A DNA stretch of 33,458 nt from Octopus bimaculoides (Eukaryota). The stretch spans positions 143,974,098 through 144,007,555 of the forward strand of contig NC_068982.1 of assembly GCF_001194135.2 (NCBI RefSeq), given 5' to 3'. This document shows, piece by piece, positions 22,839 to 33,458 of the stretch. The position numbers were made by a program, and so were the translations under genes. The first letter of the stretch is position 1. The number at the start of each line of letters is the position of its first letter. The notes beneath the pieces were generated by a model. The model was not told where the DNA came from, searched no databases, and saw nothing but the letters and a program-made list of their open reading frames with translations.

Positions 22839-23570
22839 ATTCTTTTTATCTTTGAAATGGAGAGTTTTTGATATTTCTAATATCGTATGTTTATTTTATT
22901 TTTTTTATTTATGTTTTTCGTAGACTGGAAATTTTAAAACAATACTTCTATCTGATCAAATCTCTCAATATCTTATCTTTAAAACTATCAGAACAATCAA
23001 CTGCGCAAGCCCCTCAAAAATATGTCTTCATGCCCTTATAGTTGTGTGCAGTAACCGAATAAAATGTTTTGTGACATTTGGTTGCGACCATGTACGTTCT
23101 AATTTCGAATGCCATTGACGACAACTTTGCCTTCCATCCTTCCAGTCAAATACTGAGCTCTATATTATTGACTATAAAACCATTCCTCAACATTAGAAAT
23201 GTTTTTATTAGTGTGGAGAATAAAATGATTTTGGCCAACTCTGGAAAGAAACACGAAAAAATATAAATAACCAGCAATACATTGGGTCATTTAGGAACGA
23301 GAAGAAAGACGAAGACTGCGATGTAGATCAATATAATTTTTTTTTTTCTTTCAGATCAATGTTTTAAATCAAACACAAGTAAAACTATTCTAGGTACATT
23401 TTTTAAGAGAATGTGAAGTTAATAGATTCAATATAAACAGTTCATGCACGACAACACAAATGTGAAAAGAATTATATGACAGACACCATTTTTCAAGGAA
23501 GTTCTAATGCATGCAGTTATTACTATGTCATAGTTCAAATGTTCATCAAAATTTTTCAGCGAATAATATA

Positions 23571-24074
23571 TAAGATGTCCCAGAATTAACTATTTCAATG
23601 AAATCAGGCAGATAAAAAAAAACTGACAGAATTTTGTTTATTAGTTAACTATGATACCAAAACAAAAAGATTTATAAATTTTACGTCAAAACTTTATTGA
23701 AAATTTTCAACGTGTCCCGTCTGTATCTCTGCAGATTTTTAATCTATCCTTAGCGTTGCGAAGCTTATTTTGAAGCATCTCAGGAGTTATCTCCTGCGCT
23801 GCTGACCGAATGTGTTCCTTAAGTTTAGCTAAACTATTGCTCTATCCTGGGGATGGAGGTAGACAAAATGATTGCAGCTAAATTGAAAAAAACCTATCGT
23901 AGACAGGTAAGCGGTATCCAACAGGAATAAAAATAGAATTAAAAAATTATAAAATTATAAACAAATTTTAAAATTTATACACTTTTAACACATTAAACAT
24001 GATAAACATAAATAAAAGGGAGTTTTTTTTTAATTGTCCGATTTCACTAAAATAGTTTATTCTGGAACACCCTA
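23571..24074 (-). mobile_element. Internally deleted Tc1/mariner element retaining the transposase C-terminus
   Basis: TA TSDs at 23569-70 and 24075-76. About 55-bp TIRs taagatgtcccagaattaactatttc.. / tagggtgttccagaataaactatttt.. (rc). Minus translation SLAKLKEHIRSAAQEITPEMLQNKLRNAKDRLKICRDTDG/GHVENFQ* at about 23695-23838. Confidence 0.9.
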
Positions 24075-25111
24075 TATTATAAACAAACATTTGACGTGAT
24101 TGCTGAGGCAGCTCGTAGATAAAATCAGTGGGGGTGCTGCTTCAGAAAATTTTTAGCCGTTGTTTTAATACAAACAAATAGAAAGAAAATTTATACATAA
24201 ACTTGATCGGTTCGCGTTTTAGCCACTACCGAGTAGTGTGTTTAACTTGCTCACTGAACACCCCCGCGAATTCCCTCTTGTTTTTCAAAAATCCCCCGTA
24301 AATCACAAATTAAGGGGAGGGGATGTGCCCTATTTTTCAAATCCTGGTAGCAACACTGAAGCTGGAAGCAGGATAGTAATCTAATTCTACACTTTATCAC
24401 ATTCAAGAAACATATCTTTCAGCACACCGGGGTTGGCACTGCATGAACGACAGTGCTATCTGCCTCCCTAGCGTGCAGCTTCCTACCTCGGGTATGTGGG
24501 CATGCGCACAACAGCCAAACACCGTGTCGCTGGTACTGTGAAGCGCACAGTTCTATACAAGGACTTTTGTATTTTTTTCATAAATTAGGGGATGGCTACT
24601 GACATTAAGCTTAACGATTATATAATCTACAAGTATAAAGAAAGAATTAAAGTAAAAAAAGGACTCATTATATTGAATGTTATCGATAATATCGAGTAGA
24701 AATAGGGGGTGCTGAAGTTCCTCAGTACCTATACACGAGCCGTGATTGCGTGAGAAAACGTAAAGTTGATAGTTTTTGTATAAAATTATGTATGCGTATC
24801 TGTGTTGACATATTTGTCACAATGTGTGTGCATTCCAACGCGTGTGTATACCTTTATAAGCAAGAACTGCAAGGTTGATCACTGCCGTTCTCATCTTATC
24901 AGGAATACTGGTGCGAAGACTGGCTGATGGAACTAAGTTAATTTGTTAAGATTCAGATATTAAGTTTCTATCAATGAGAACTTGTTTCGATTGAACTATA
25001 CTGATGCGACGAAAATGAATTAATGAAGTAATTTGAAATAAAGTGGGAAGTAAAGATCGCTTGATATAACTGAACGTTTGTGTACAAGCACAGGGGACCA
25101 CTCCCGGGGGA

Positions 25112-25866
25112 ATGTCTGGGGGCAAACAGGTACAAACATTTGACCGTAAAGTCAGAGCACCACCGTAGAGATATTTAATTGGTAGGCAACTGATTCTTTC
25201 TTTCTCAAGAACGTATATCCCATAGAACAAGGATGGGATACTCTAGCTATTTTTTTTTTACTGATATCTGAACAAGGCTTTGGTTGCCAATTAAAACGCT
25301 CTATCGTGCCATTAGATGCAAACTGGTAGACAATGATACGTGTAAGTTTACCGAGCAAAACAGGTTAATTTCATGAATAGATGGGATTCGTTGGCAGGAG
25401 TTCCAGGACACACCAGCAAAGCACAGAATTTCATGGAAACACGCTGTTTCTTCATTTCAGCCATTACAAAAATCGACGAAAAGAGAAGCATTGCAAAACA
25501 AAGACGTACTACGAGGCAGTACGAGCTATCTAGATGACGCCGGTTAGCAGACTTTTGTCCGAGGGTGGCATCAAGTGGCTTCTAGCGGCGGAAGCTCGAA
25601 CTACAACTGACTAATTCCATAGAGAACGTTTCCGGTTACTTTGGGTTACCTCCTTATATGTGTCGATCTCACACTATTTCCAAAACCATCACCTTACCTA
25701 TGGGGAATTAAAAATGTAATCAAACTGCGAAGTGCTGAATTGCAGGTTCTATGTTTCTCCAATAGACAGAAACAATTCTGGTCAAGAGATTGGAGACAAC
25801 TCTGAAATCCAAAAAGAAGTTACTTCCCTTGTTTTGAACAGGCTTAACCCATTAATAGGACAGTGA
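25112..25866 (+). CDS. Speculative 3-exon small gene (25112-25129, 25461-25542, 25766-25866), 66 aa, unknown product
   Basis: Phase-compatible GT-AG junctions: CAG|gtacaa, tttcttcatttcag|CCA, CCG|gttagc, tttctccaatag|AC. Joined frame MSGGKQPLQKSTKREALQNKDVLRGSTSYLDDADRNNSGQEIGDNSEIQKEVTSLVLNRLNPLIGQ*. ATTAAA just downstream. Confidence 0.33.
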
Positions 25867-26538
25867 ATGAGAACATTAAATAAGCTATATCACATTATCT
25901 CAGTATCCTATTTATAGGACGCCGAGTATTTCCATTTCTACTTGAAGTAAAGGAGTTTTAATTATTATTTTTTTCATTTTAACCTATTTTCAATCAGCTG
26001 TAAAAATTTAAAAGTAATATTCAGAAATTTTATATTAAAGTTTATTTTTCTCACTAGGAATTAAAACCTATTTTGAATTCAGTACAGGAAATAAACTACA
26101 AATATAAGAACGATTAAAAGTTTGATGTTGGCTTGGGATACAGAGTACAATGTAGTTGATGGCTATGAGCCCCAATATATCAAGCGGTAGATCGATATTA
26201 TTGTGTCTGATGATTGAAACCCGTTTACGTGTTAGGGTTTTACCTAGAAACAACAGTCAAATTTCCCTCAAATTACAACCTAGCATCTCAATAATATGAT
26301 ATTTAAGAATAATATGATATTTATAAACTGTGTCAATAGAAAAAAGAAAGCATGCTGGTGACGAGAATTCCTTTCATTACAAGTCTGTTTGATTACGGTT
26401 GGTGTGGAAGTAAACGATTCTCTGAAATTTCATCACAGGAAATTACTTCGCAGTAAATACATTGCCTAGGTAATTAGATCGATAGCCAGTACACAGTTGG
26501 AGGAACCGCTATAGAGAGGCTGGAATCTGTAAGCAGGT

Positions 26539-26935
26539 TTACAATCTGCTGATGTGTGCTGAATGGTTGAGGAGCCAGAAGTCACATTTGGAATTGTTGA
26601 CGCTAAAGCCCCTACAACCAAGTTCCTCAATCATCGTCCTTGCAGTTGCAAGGATCTTATCAGAACTCCCCACCCATATACACACAAAACAAGCATCGTC
26701 AAGATTCCAGACATTCAAGTCCAGATCAGCTCCCATCTTGGTAACGTCATCGATACCCAGTGCAAAAAGAGCGGGTCCGAGCTGGTCACCTTGTTGGACT
26801 CCAGAGGCAGATGGGATGAGATAGTCATCAAAGGAGAATCTGGTGGGCTCTCGATGAGCTTGCCAAGTAAAGTGGTAGAGCTGTGGGACATTCTCCTTTA
26901 CTGAACGGAGGATGACATTCCGACTGATCGTTGTC
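26539..26935 (-). pseudogene. Reverse-transcriptase fragment resembling CRE-clade non-LTR elements
   Basis: One open minus frame: ISRNVILRSVKENVPQLYHFTWQAHREPTRFSFDDYLIPSASGVQQGDQLGPALFALGIDDVTKMGADLDLNVWNLDD...GFSVNNSKC. Contains the GVQQGDxLGPxLF motif, and W-Y-L-D-D is altered to WNLDD. Confidence 0.85.
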
Positions 26936-27196
26936 CACTTAGGTGATATTAAAACTAGAAATTATTTTACAAGAAAATTGGCATCGGTCATTCAGCTAAT
27001 GATCGAAACATCCAATCTAATTACCTGGATATATATTTGAAAATTTTGAAAAAACAAAACATTCAAGTAATGAAATAGCTATCGAGTAGAATATCATCTT
27101 TGCAGAACATTCATATCACAAAACGAAATATAAAGACTGTGTAGCCAGAATCCAATATTCATCAATGAATATCAAAACACCGAAATACAATATTCC

Positions 27197-27620
27197 TTTC
27201 TACTCTAGACACAAAGCCCGAAATTTTGGGGGAGGGATGGCCAGTCGATTAGATCGACCACAGTACGCAACTGGTACTTAATTTATCAACCCCGAAAGGA
27301 TGAAAGGTAAAGTCGACTTCGGCGGAATTTGAACTCAGAACATAAAAACAGACAAAATACTACTAAGCGTTTCACCCGGCGTGCTAACGTTTCTTATTAC
27401 TTTATTGCCCACAAGGGGCTAAACATAGAAAGGACAAACAAGAACAGACAAACTGATTAAATCGATTATATCGACCTCAGTGCGTAACTGGTACTTATTT
27501 AATCGCCCCCGAAAAGATGAAAGGCAAAGTCGACCTCGACGGAATTTGAACTCAGAACGTAGAAGCAGACGAAATACCGCAAAGCATTTCGCCTGGCGTG
27601 CTAACGTTTCTGCCAGCCTT
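27197..27620 (-). mobile_element. Two tandem, CpG-intact tRNA-derived SINE copies
   Basis: rc head 'ggcagaaacgttagcacgcc...gagttcaaattccg' and central 'cctttcatcctttcggggt(c/t)gataaattaagtacc'. Confidence 0.9.
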
Positions 27621-27771
27621 ACCGAAATACAATATTATTTAAGAGAGATTGTTCATAATTTCCTTTTTCCGCTTCAAAACGTCTCTGCATCTATCAGGCC
27701 AGTTGACATCTGTTCCATTATAATTGCCAAACATAATCACATATTACATAGCATCCTCTTTTCTCCGGACT

Positions 27772-28195
27772 CTATAGCATTTCAAATGATCCGACTGGGC
27801 GGAGCTCCACCAGTTTCACGCCACTTATCCCTAGAAGTACAAGTGATTCTCTCCTGACCTATCAGAAATAGTTAAGTGGTTGATTAGAATCACAACTTTA
27901 GGTATGACCCTTTACATACCATACACAGCAAAAATTTAAGACTTCCAAGCGGTTTACTCGTAGCTGCAATGAAGAACTGTATGGCGTTTACCCAGTAGCA
28001 TGATTCTTATAAGACCTCTATTCTGTGTACAAAGGAAAGTTCATGCATCCCATGGCCTTCAAGCATTCCTGTCGCACAAACTACTGCCAACAGTACCTCC
28101 TCCAACTTTGCATATTCCTCTTCTAAACACTGGTGTCTCCTGTTAGCAGTATCTCCATGGAGAAAGCCTTCACTTTTGCTGCCATTTTGCTCCAT
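27772..28195 (-). CDS. Speculative 2-exon small gene divergent from DHX34 (28195-28097, 27858-27772), 61 aa
   Basis: agaaATGG start, GAG|gtactg donor, ctatttctgatag|GTC acceptor, phase 0. MEQNGSKSEGFLHGDTANRRHQCLEEEYAKLEE|VRRESLVLLGISGVKLVELRPVGSFEML*. No homology recognised. Confidence 0.25.
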
Positions 28196-28299
28196 TTCTA
28201 CACTTTATACTATAGCGTTGATTTGAAATCTAACCGCTTTGGTAACCGGTTAGACACCACGATCGAAACCATAGCAGTTTCATGTGATCGGTCTATTAA

Positions 28300-29330
28300 G
28301 CAACTAATCAATGTGAAGCCGTCGCGTAATTCAATCTTCTAAAATCTTTTTCTTGTAGCTTATAAAAAAACCACTATGTATAGTTACGCGCATTGAATTT
28401 ACTAGGCACTTTAAACATGTAGTGATTGGAACACCAACCATGAAATTATCAGTTCAAAATCACGAGTATGTCACAACAGTTTCATAAAGACAACCCCAAA
28501 ATCGATCAATCAGCTTGAAGTTATGGTGTAACCAGCATCTCGTATGTTCTGGTGATTCGCGCCCTACCCTGCTAGCGCCTGAATCACGGTAGACCGCCGC
28601 AGATATTTAAGCAAAGCAGTTCGTGGCTCTTGCCCTGTTTTAACAATTGGCGGCGTATTTATACCTTCGTTTTTCACTTTTCCATATAGCTAAACCAACG
28701 CGGTGAAGCTATTCCTACTTACTGTTCTGATAACCAATAAATCTGTAATAATTTATGTACGATACATACATAATTTTTCTATCAATAAAATTTGCTGCTA
28801 CACGTTTGCGAGTTTGCTTTTGTTATAATTCATGTAACGAACCTGATCTTACATTCGATTAAAACGGATAAAATATCCATCTTTTTCACGACCAACCGCT
28901 CTGTGATGGTCTCCCGCAAACACATATATATCATTAGCTCGCGACAAACATTAGCAACTTCAAAAGCAGAATTCTGTCGTTCTTTCTTATCAGTAGATAT
29001 AAATAAGTCAATGAAAATTAGTTGCTGTCATTCTTCTAAGAAATAACAGCTAAATTTCTTTCAAAACAGACTGTATATTTCATAAAAGAAGGATTGTTCT
29101 AGATGCACTATATCTGCAACAGAGATGGTATAGTCATGGTTGTACGCCTTCGACGAAAGACCTGTTCAATCAGCAGCAAAGATAAACATCTAGAAAATAT
29201 TGAAACCGGAATTATATTTCAGGGTGACTAAACTCGGCCGATACCTACCGTATGACGGTGTATATCGAAACAATTTGTAGTTCCATAAATAAAATGTGAA
29301 ATCACTTGTCTGTAATAAAACATATTGCAG
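28300..29330. promoter_or_regulatory. CpG-retaining promoter / 5' UTR region upstream of DHX34, possibly bidirectional
   Basis: Locally CpG-rich. A splice acceptor (catattgcag, 29321-30) immediately before the ATG implies an upstream non-coding exon. Confidence 0.5.
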
Positions 29331-29334
29331 GAAA

Positions 29335-29708
29335 ATGTCCAGCTCGGAAGAATCTTTCGATTCGCACAAGAAGAAGCATTCAAAAAAACATGGACATAAA
29401 AAGAAAAATCGAGACAAACATGAAACCCGAATGAAAGAGTCACACAAGGACAACAAACATAAGAAACATCGTTCAAAACATAGGCATTCGTCCAAAGACG
29501 CACAAGAAGAAAGATATTCAAACCCAACTTCATCAGATTATAAATCGGAATCGAGCCGGGATAAAATTCTTCATCACAGTTCCCCTAGTGATAATCGATC
29601 TCCCACTGTTACACCTTACCAACAGCCACATTATCAGTGTTTAGACTTTAAAAAACACCGCCATTCTTTAGATAAAATATTTTTTTCCGATGACTCTGTT
29701 ATTAAAAG
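29335..29708 (+). CDS. DHX34: First coding exon, probable ATP-dependent RNA helicase DHX34 (SMGL-2) ortholog
   Basis: gaaaATG start, Lys/His/Ser/Arg-rich N-terminus, then LDFKKHRHSLDKIFFSDDSVIKR, which from memory aligns with human DHX34 N-terminal [26 protein letters not shown]. Phase-2 donor AAAAG|gtagag at 29709. No further exon found in the window. Confidence 0.68.
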
Positions 29709-29903
29709 GTAGAGTATGTATGTTATAAATATTTACCCTCCATGAATTACTTGCGGAATAAATATAGAGCGAATACGCCAGTCTGCACACAGCGCTAATG
29801 TACGAATGATGGACTTCTAAATTTAAATTATTCTGCAAAGATCAATCACCCAAGCTAGTGATGATTTCATTTACCTTATAGATATGTGTTCTTGTTAATC
29901 ATT

Positions 29904-30519
29904 TAAAATGTTGGCACTGTCATGGTATTAGCTGTCAGAATTGAAAGTAGAACTGACAAGGAATGTTACTGCTGGTTTGAGTTGATTCTTTGGCTACTGA
30001 CTAGCCGGAGCTATCTATTTGTCTGTCTGTCTGTCTATCTCACTATCTCTCTCTATCTATCTATCACTCGTTCACCTCTGTTTGTGTCCGTAGAATTTAT
30101 CAAATTAGAAAACGCAAATTTAATATAAAAATATATTTTCTGAAATTGCAAATTATTTAAAATATAAAAATATAATTTTCAATAGAGAGAATTTATCAAA
30201 ATAGAAAACAAATGAAGTTTGAAGTTTAAGTATAATAGGATCGACCACTCACGACTAGGCTGCGCGTTCGGGACCACTCTGCTTTAGTAGTACCCTTATA
30301 CTCTGTGTGTTTTCAAACGCATGGATATAGGTGTCAAGTTTGTTCCAATAACTTTCGAGTGATAGATAGACAGACAGACAGACAGATAGCTCGCTCCGGC
30401 CAGTCATGGTATTAGCTGTCAGTAGCCAAAGAATCAACTCAAACCAGCAGTAACGTTCCTTGTCAGATTTTTCTACTTTCACTTCTGACAGCTAATACCA
30501 TGACAGTGCCAAAATTTTA
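29904..30519. mobile_element. Fold-back element / MITE with about 165-bp terminal inverted repeats in DHX34 intron 1
   Basis: Left arm 29904-30070 is the near-exact reverse complement of 30356-30519, with an AT-rich spacer. No clear TSD. Confidence 0.88.
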
Positions 30520-31721
30520 GTTTGGCAGACCAAGATTTCTCTTTTTTTTTTTTTTTTTTTTTTTTGAGGTATTGCAAAGTTGTCCTTTGGGGTATGTTTA
30601 AACAAAATAATTAGCACTCAAAAATTTGCTGTTCAGAATTTCTTAAAAGCAATGGTTTCGAAAGTAATTTCTATGTATGAGGGTGCTGACACTTATAAAA
30701 CGAAGTTTAATCAGTTTACACAACTAAACTATAATTGTTTACAAATACCAATAAAGCGTGGTTAGGAGTAAATAAATATACAGGGATCATATACCTGCTT
30801 GCTGTTATTGATTGTCCTTAAGTCAGGCCTGGTCAATCTTGCACGTCTATGATCAAAAGCATTCCAGTATTGACCATACGTCTCCTTCCACTTTCAGAAC
30901 ATTGCTTATCCAATGTATTATCACTTTTGAGACGTTGCTATAGAACAGAGTCGGAAACTACCTTGTGCACCAAAAACTAATTTCTTTGGATGTGCATGTT
31001 TTAAACATAGATTACGATTCTGAAATAAATAAATAAATAAATAAAAAGAGTTTGCTTCCACCCTTTTCACTTTTTACTTTCTATAAAAAAAAATTCAGTC
31101 TTCTATTTTAAATATCTGAGAGGTTCTCAAAAATATACGTTAAACTTTTATAACATAAATCTGAACAAGTTTCGGGAAAATAAAATCAGAATTGAGAAAT
31201 TACAGTAAAGAATAAGGATGGGGTAAAAAAAATTCCCTGCAAAAAGAAAATTGTTTTTTTTTTTTTTTGCCAAATTGAAATCTGTGATGCCTAAAACACA
31301 TATCCGAAGGAATTATACTAGATAATTTCTAATTCTATTCTATAGGAACGCCTTTCCGAGCTTTAACTATTTCTGGTTGGTCTATTATTCATACGCATTT
31401 AGTCTCGTTGCCTAAGTACACACTTGGTTACATCCATTCCCTGCATTGTCTTTCTTTTTACCCACCTCATAATTCACAACATCCCATTTCCACTGCAAGC
31501 ACCATACACCGCTTCTCGTATTCCCTAGGTCCTTCGTACTTTAGACTCTTTCTTTCATGTCCTTTACTCCATATTGCCTTCCCAAAGTGCCACCAACACA
31601 ATAATCAAGGCTATTTTTGTCAAATCAACCGTGCCATAAGATCAAGACATTGCATATTTCAGTATAGCTGTGTAACACAAGCACTTGTTCTGCCTTTATG
31701 TGCATACTCATGTGTGTGTGT

Positions 31722-31900
31722 CTAAGCACAGGTGCGGTGGTTACGTGGTAAGAAATTTAATTTTCAACCACATGGTTCCAGATTCAGTCCCACTGTGAGA
31801 TACATTTGGCAAGTGCCCTCTACTTTAGTTCTGGGTCTTGTGAGTGAATTTGGTAGACAGAAACTGAAAGAAGCTTATGTGTGTGTGACACAGCCATACA
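31722..31900 (+). mobile_element. SINE (family of 13220-13632), 5' part
   Basis: 'gcacaggtgcggtggt...ttcagtcccactg...ttggcaagtg...gaatttggtagacagaaactgaaagaagc'. Confidence 0.82.
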
Positions 31901-31921
31901 GACATACATATTGCATGTGTA

Positions 31922-31976
<55 letters not shown>

Positions 31977-31984
31977 ACATATTT

Positions 31985-32190
31985 TATGACTTTTGGCTGA
32001 ATCATTAGCATGACAGGCAGAATGCTTAGCAGCACTTTGTTCATCATTACGTTTCGAGTTCAAATTCCGCCAAGGTTTACTTTGCTTTTCATCTTTTGAG
32101 AATAGTACCAATTGAGCACTGGGGTCGATATAATCGACTTACCTCCAACCCCGAAATTGATGGCCTTGTGCCAAAATTCGAAACAATTTT
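31985..32190 (+). mobile_element. SINE (family of 27197-27620)
   Basis: 'ggctgaatcattagc...gagttcaaattccgccaagg...ttcatc...aatagtacc...ggggtcgat'. Confidence 0.82.
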
Positions 32191-32357
32191 TGGTTACATG
32201 GTTCATAATAAGAATACGAGTTATTCCCCTTGCATCATGTATAATCCAGTTCAAATCAAAACTTTAAAAACTTTAAAAATTTGCATGTCTGCTTTAAAAT
32301 ACTTCTACTTAACCTAGCTATCTGTTTTCTAAATATATTATAGAATAAGTTCTTTAA

Positions 32358-32655
32358 TGATTTGAGGTTGTGAGTTCGAATCCCGGACCTGGCTGCGTGT
32401 TGTGTTCTTGAGCAAGACACTTTATTTCATGTTGCTCCAGTTCACTCAGCTGTAGAAATGAGTTGGGACGTCACGGGTGCCAAGCTGTATCGGCCTTTGC
32501 CTTTCCCTTGGATAACACTGGTAGCGTGGAAAGGGGAGGCCGGTATGCATGGGCGACTGCTGGTCTTCCATAAACAACCTTGCCCGCACTTGTGCCTGGG
32601 AGGGTAACTTTCTAGGTGCAATCCCATGGTCAGTCATGACCGAAGGGGGTCTCAG
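32358..32655 (+). mobile_element. tRNA-derived SINE with 'cttgagcaagacactt...cactcagctg' central domain
   Basis: B-box GAGTTCGAATCC at about 32372, followed by non-tRNA body. Confidence 0.82.
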
Positions 32656-32661
32656 CAGCAT

Positions 32662-32697
<36 letters not shown>

Positions 32698-32699
<2 letters not shown>

Positions 32700-32998
32700 G
32701 AGGGTGCATGGCCTAGTGGTTAGGGTGTTGCACCCATGATTGCAAGATCATGGTTTCAGTTCCGAGATCAGGTGGTGTGTTGTGTTCTTGAGCAAAACAC
32801 TTCATCTCGTGTTGCTCTGTGATCACTTCAACACCTGATGTATGGTACACTGTGCACCTGTTCAAGCAACATGGATTTGATGGAGGGAATGACTTAATGT
32901 ACAGAACATATATTTGATCACTATAAACAAATCATCTGTGCAAGGCGTTCCACAAAAGCTGCACACTCATATGTCGTCTTTGACAGGAGAGTCCATCA
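32698..32998 (+). mobile_element. Related SINE with intact A-box
   Basis: A-box TGGCCTAGTGG at about 32709 and the same central 'gtgttgtgttcttgagcaaaacactt'. Confidence 0.78.
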
Positions 32999-33009
32999 AA
33001 TAGCTAGAT

Positions 33010-33193
33010 CAGTGCTCTGCAACCTTTTTTCACTTGCAATACATGTATGTTCTTTTCAAAATATGGCAGTACACCTAAACTAAAAGTATAACTAAAAGTG
33101 TAGGGAAAAAATTATATTCAATTACACTGCGAGACACCTAGCATCATCTCATAGCACACCAGTGTGCCATGGCATACCGGTTGTGGAGCACTG
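33010..33193. mobile_element. hAT (Buster/Charlie-type) MITE
   Basis: TIRs CAGTGCTCTGCAACC / CAGTGCTCCACAACC (rc). Perfect 8-bp TSD AGCTAGAT at 33002-09 and 33194-201 (nnnTAnnn). Confidence 0.93.
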
Positions 33194-33239
33194 AGCTAGA
33201 TCGATATGTGGTTATATAAATATGTATATATAAATAAAT

Positions 33240-33333
33240 CAGACTGGAGTCTAGTGCAGCCCCTCATCTTACTAGCCCTAGTCAAACTGTCCAATGCATG
33301 CCAGCATGGGTAACGGACGTTAAAAGATGATGA
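33240..33333 (+). mobile_element. RTE LINE 3'-tail fragment
   Basis: 'gtcaaactgtccaatgcatgccagcatgg...ggacgttaaaagatgatgat'. Confidence 0.8.
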
Positions 33334-33458
33334 TATATATATATATATATATACACATGTCTATACATTATATATATATATATATATATATTGTTGTACT
33401 TGGGGATGGTCATATTGCCAGTTTAGCCAATAAAAACACACGCACTGTATATTTGGTG

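Noticed and set aside
24108-24742. Possible TIR element around the GC-rich 24.4-24.55 kb segment (gggggtgctg twice)
   Set aside because: The motif copies are direct rather than inverted, end matches are short, and there is no TSD.
28157-28342. Plus ORF MEKAFTFAAILLHFYTLYYSVDLKSNRFGNR..., signal-peptide and RFamide-like
   Set aside because: A single RFG followed by N, not a basic cleavage site. No repeated peptides, and it overlaps a competing minus-strand model.
32358-32420. tRNA gene suggested by GTTCGAATCC
   Set aside because: No cloverleaf. It is the B-box of a SINE head, and no true tRNA, rRNA or snRNA gene was found in the window.
29712-33458. Second DHX34 exon
   Set aside because: No phase-2 exon encoding the expected G-x-x-E-x-x-x-FW continuation was found. 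It probably lies beyond the window, so the DHX34 call rests on one motif.

Overview
AT-rich, microsatellite- and transposon-dense eukaryotic (animal) DNA with three N gaps. The repeat families (RTE LINE with GAT tail, tRNA-derived SINEs, TTAA MITEs) look like those of Octopus, which is an inference from recall rather than a search. There is no CRISPR array or other prokaryotic system, and most ORF-track entries are microsatellite, gap or alternative-start artefacts. Best-supported coding sequences: (i) a long intronless Lys/Asn-rich orphan reading frame open from 20839 to 22803 (+), preceded by an in-frame ATG that is cut off by a single TAA at codon 8; (ii) the probable first coding exon of the NMD helicase DHX34 (29335-29708, +), whose intron 1 carries a long fold-back element. 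Two weak small spliced-gene models lie at 25.1-25.9 kb (+) and 27.8-28.2 kb (-). TE remnants include an RTE LINE with a PHD-type zinc finger inside its RT ORF, a Penelope GIY-YIG fragment with an inverted junction, a CRE-like RT fragment, Tc1/mariner, hAT/Buster, Tigger-like and piggyBac-like MITEs, and many SINEs. CpG is depleted over about 12.3-20.4 kb and retained over about 20.7-29.8 kb. All alignments, translations and counts were done by eye, so TE boundaries are approximate unless TSDs are quoted.
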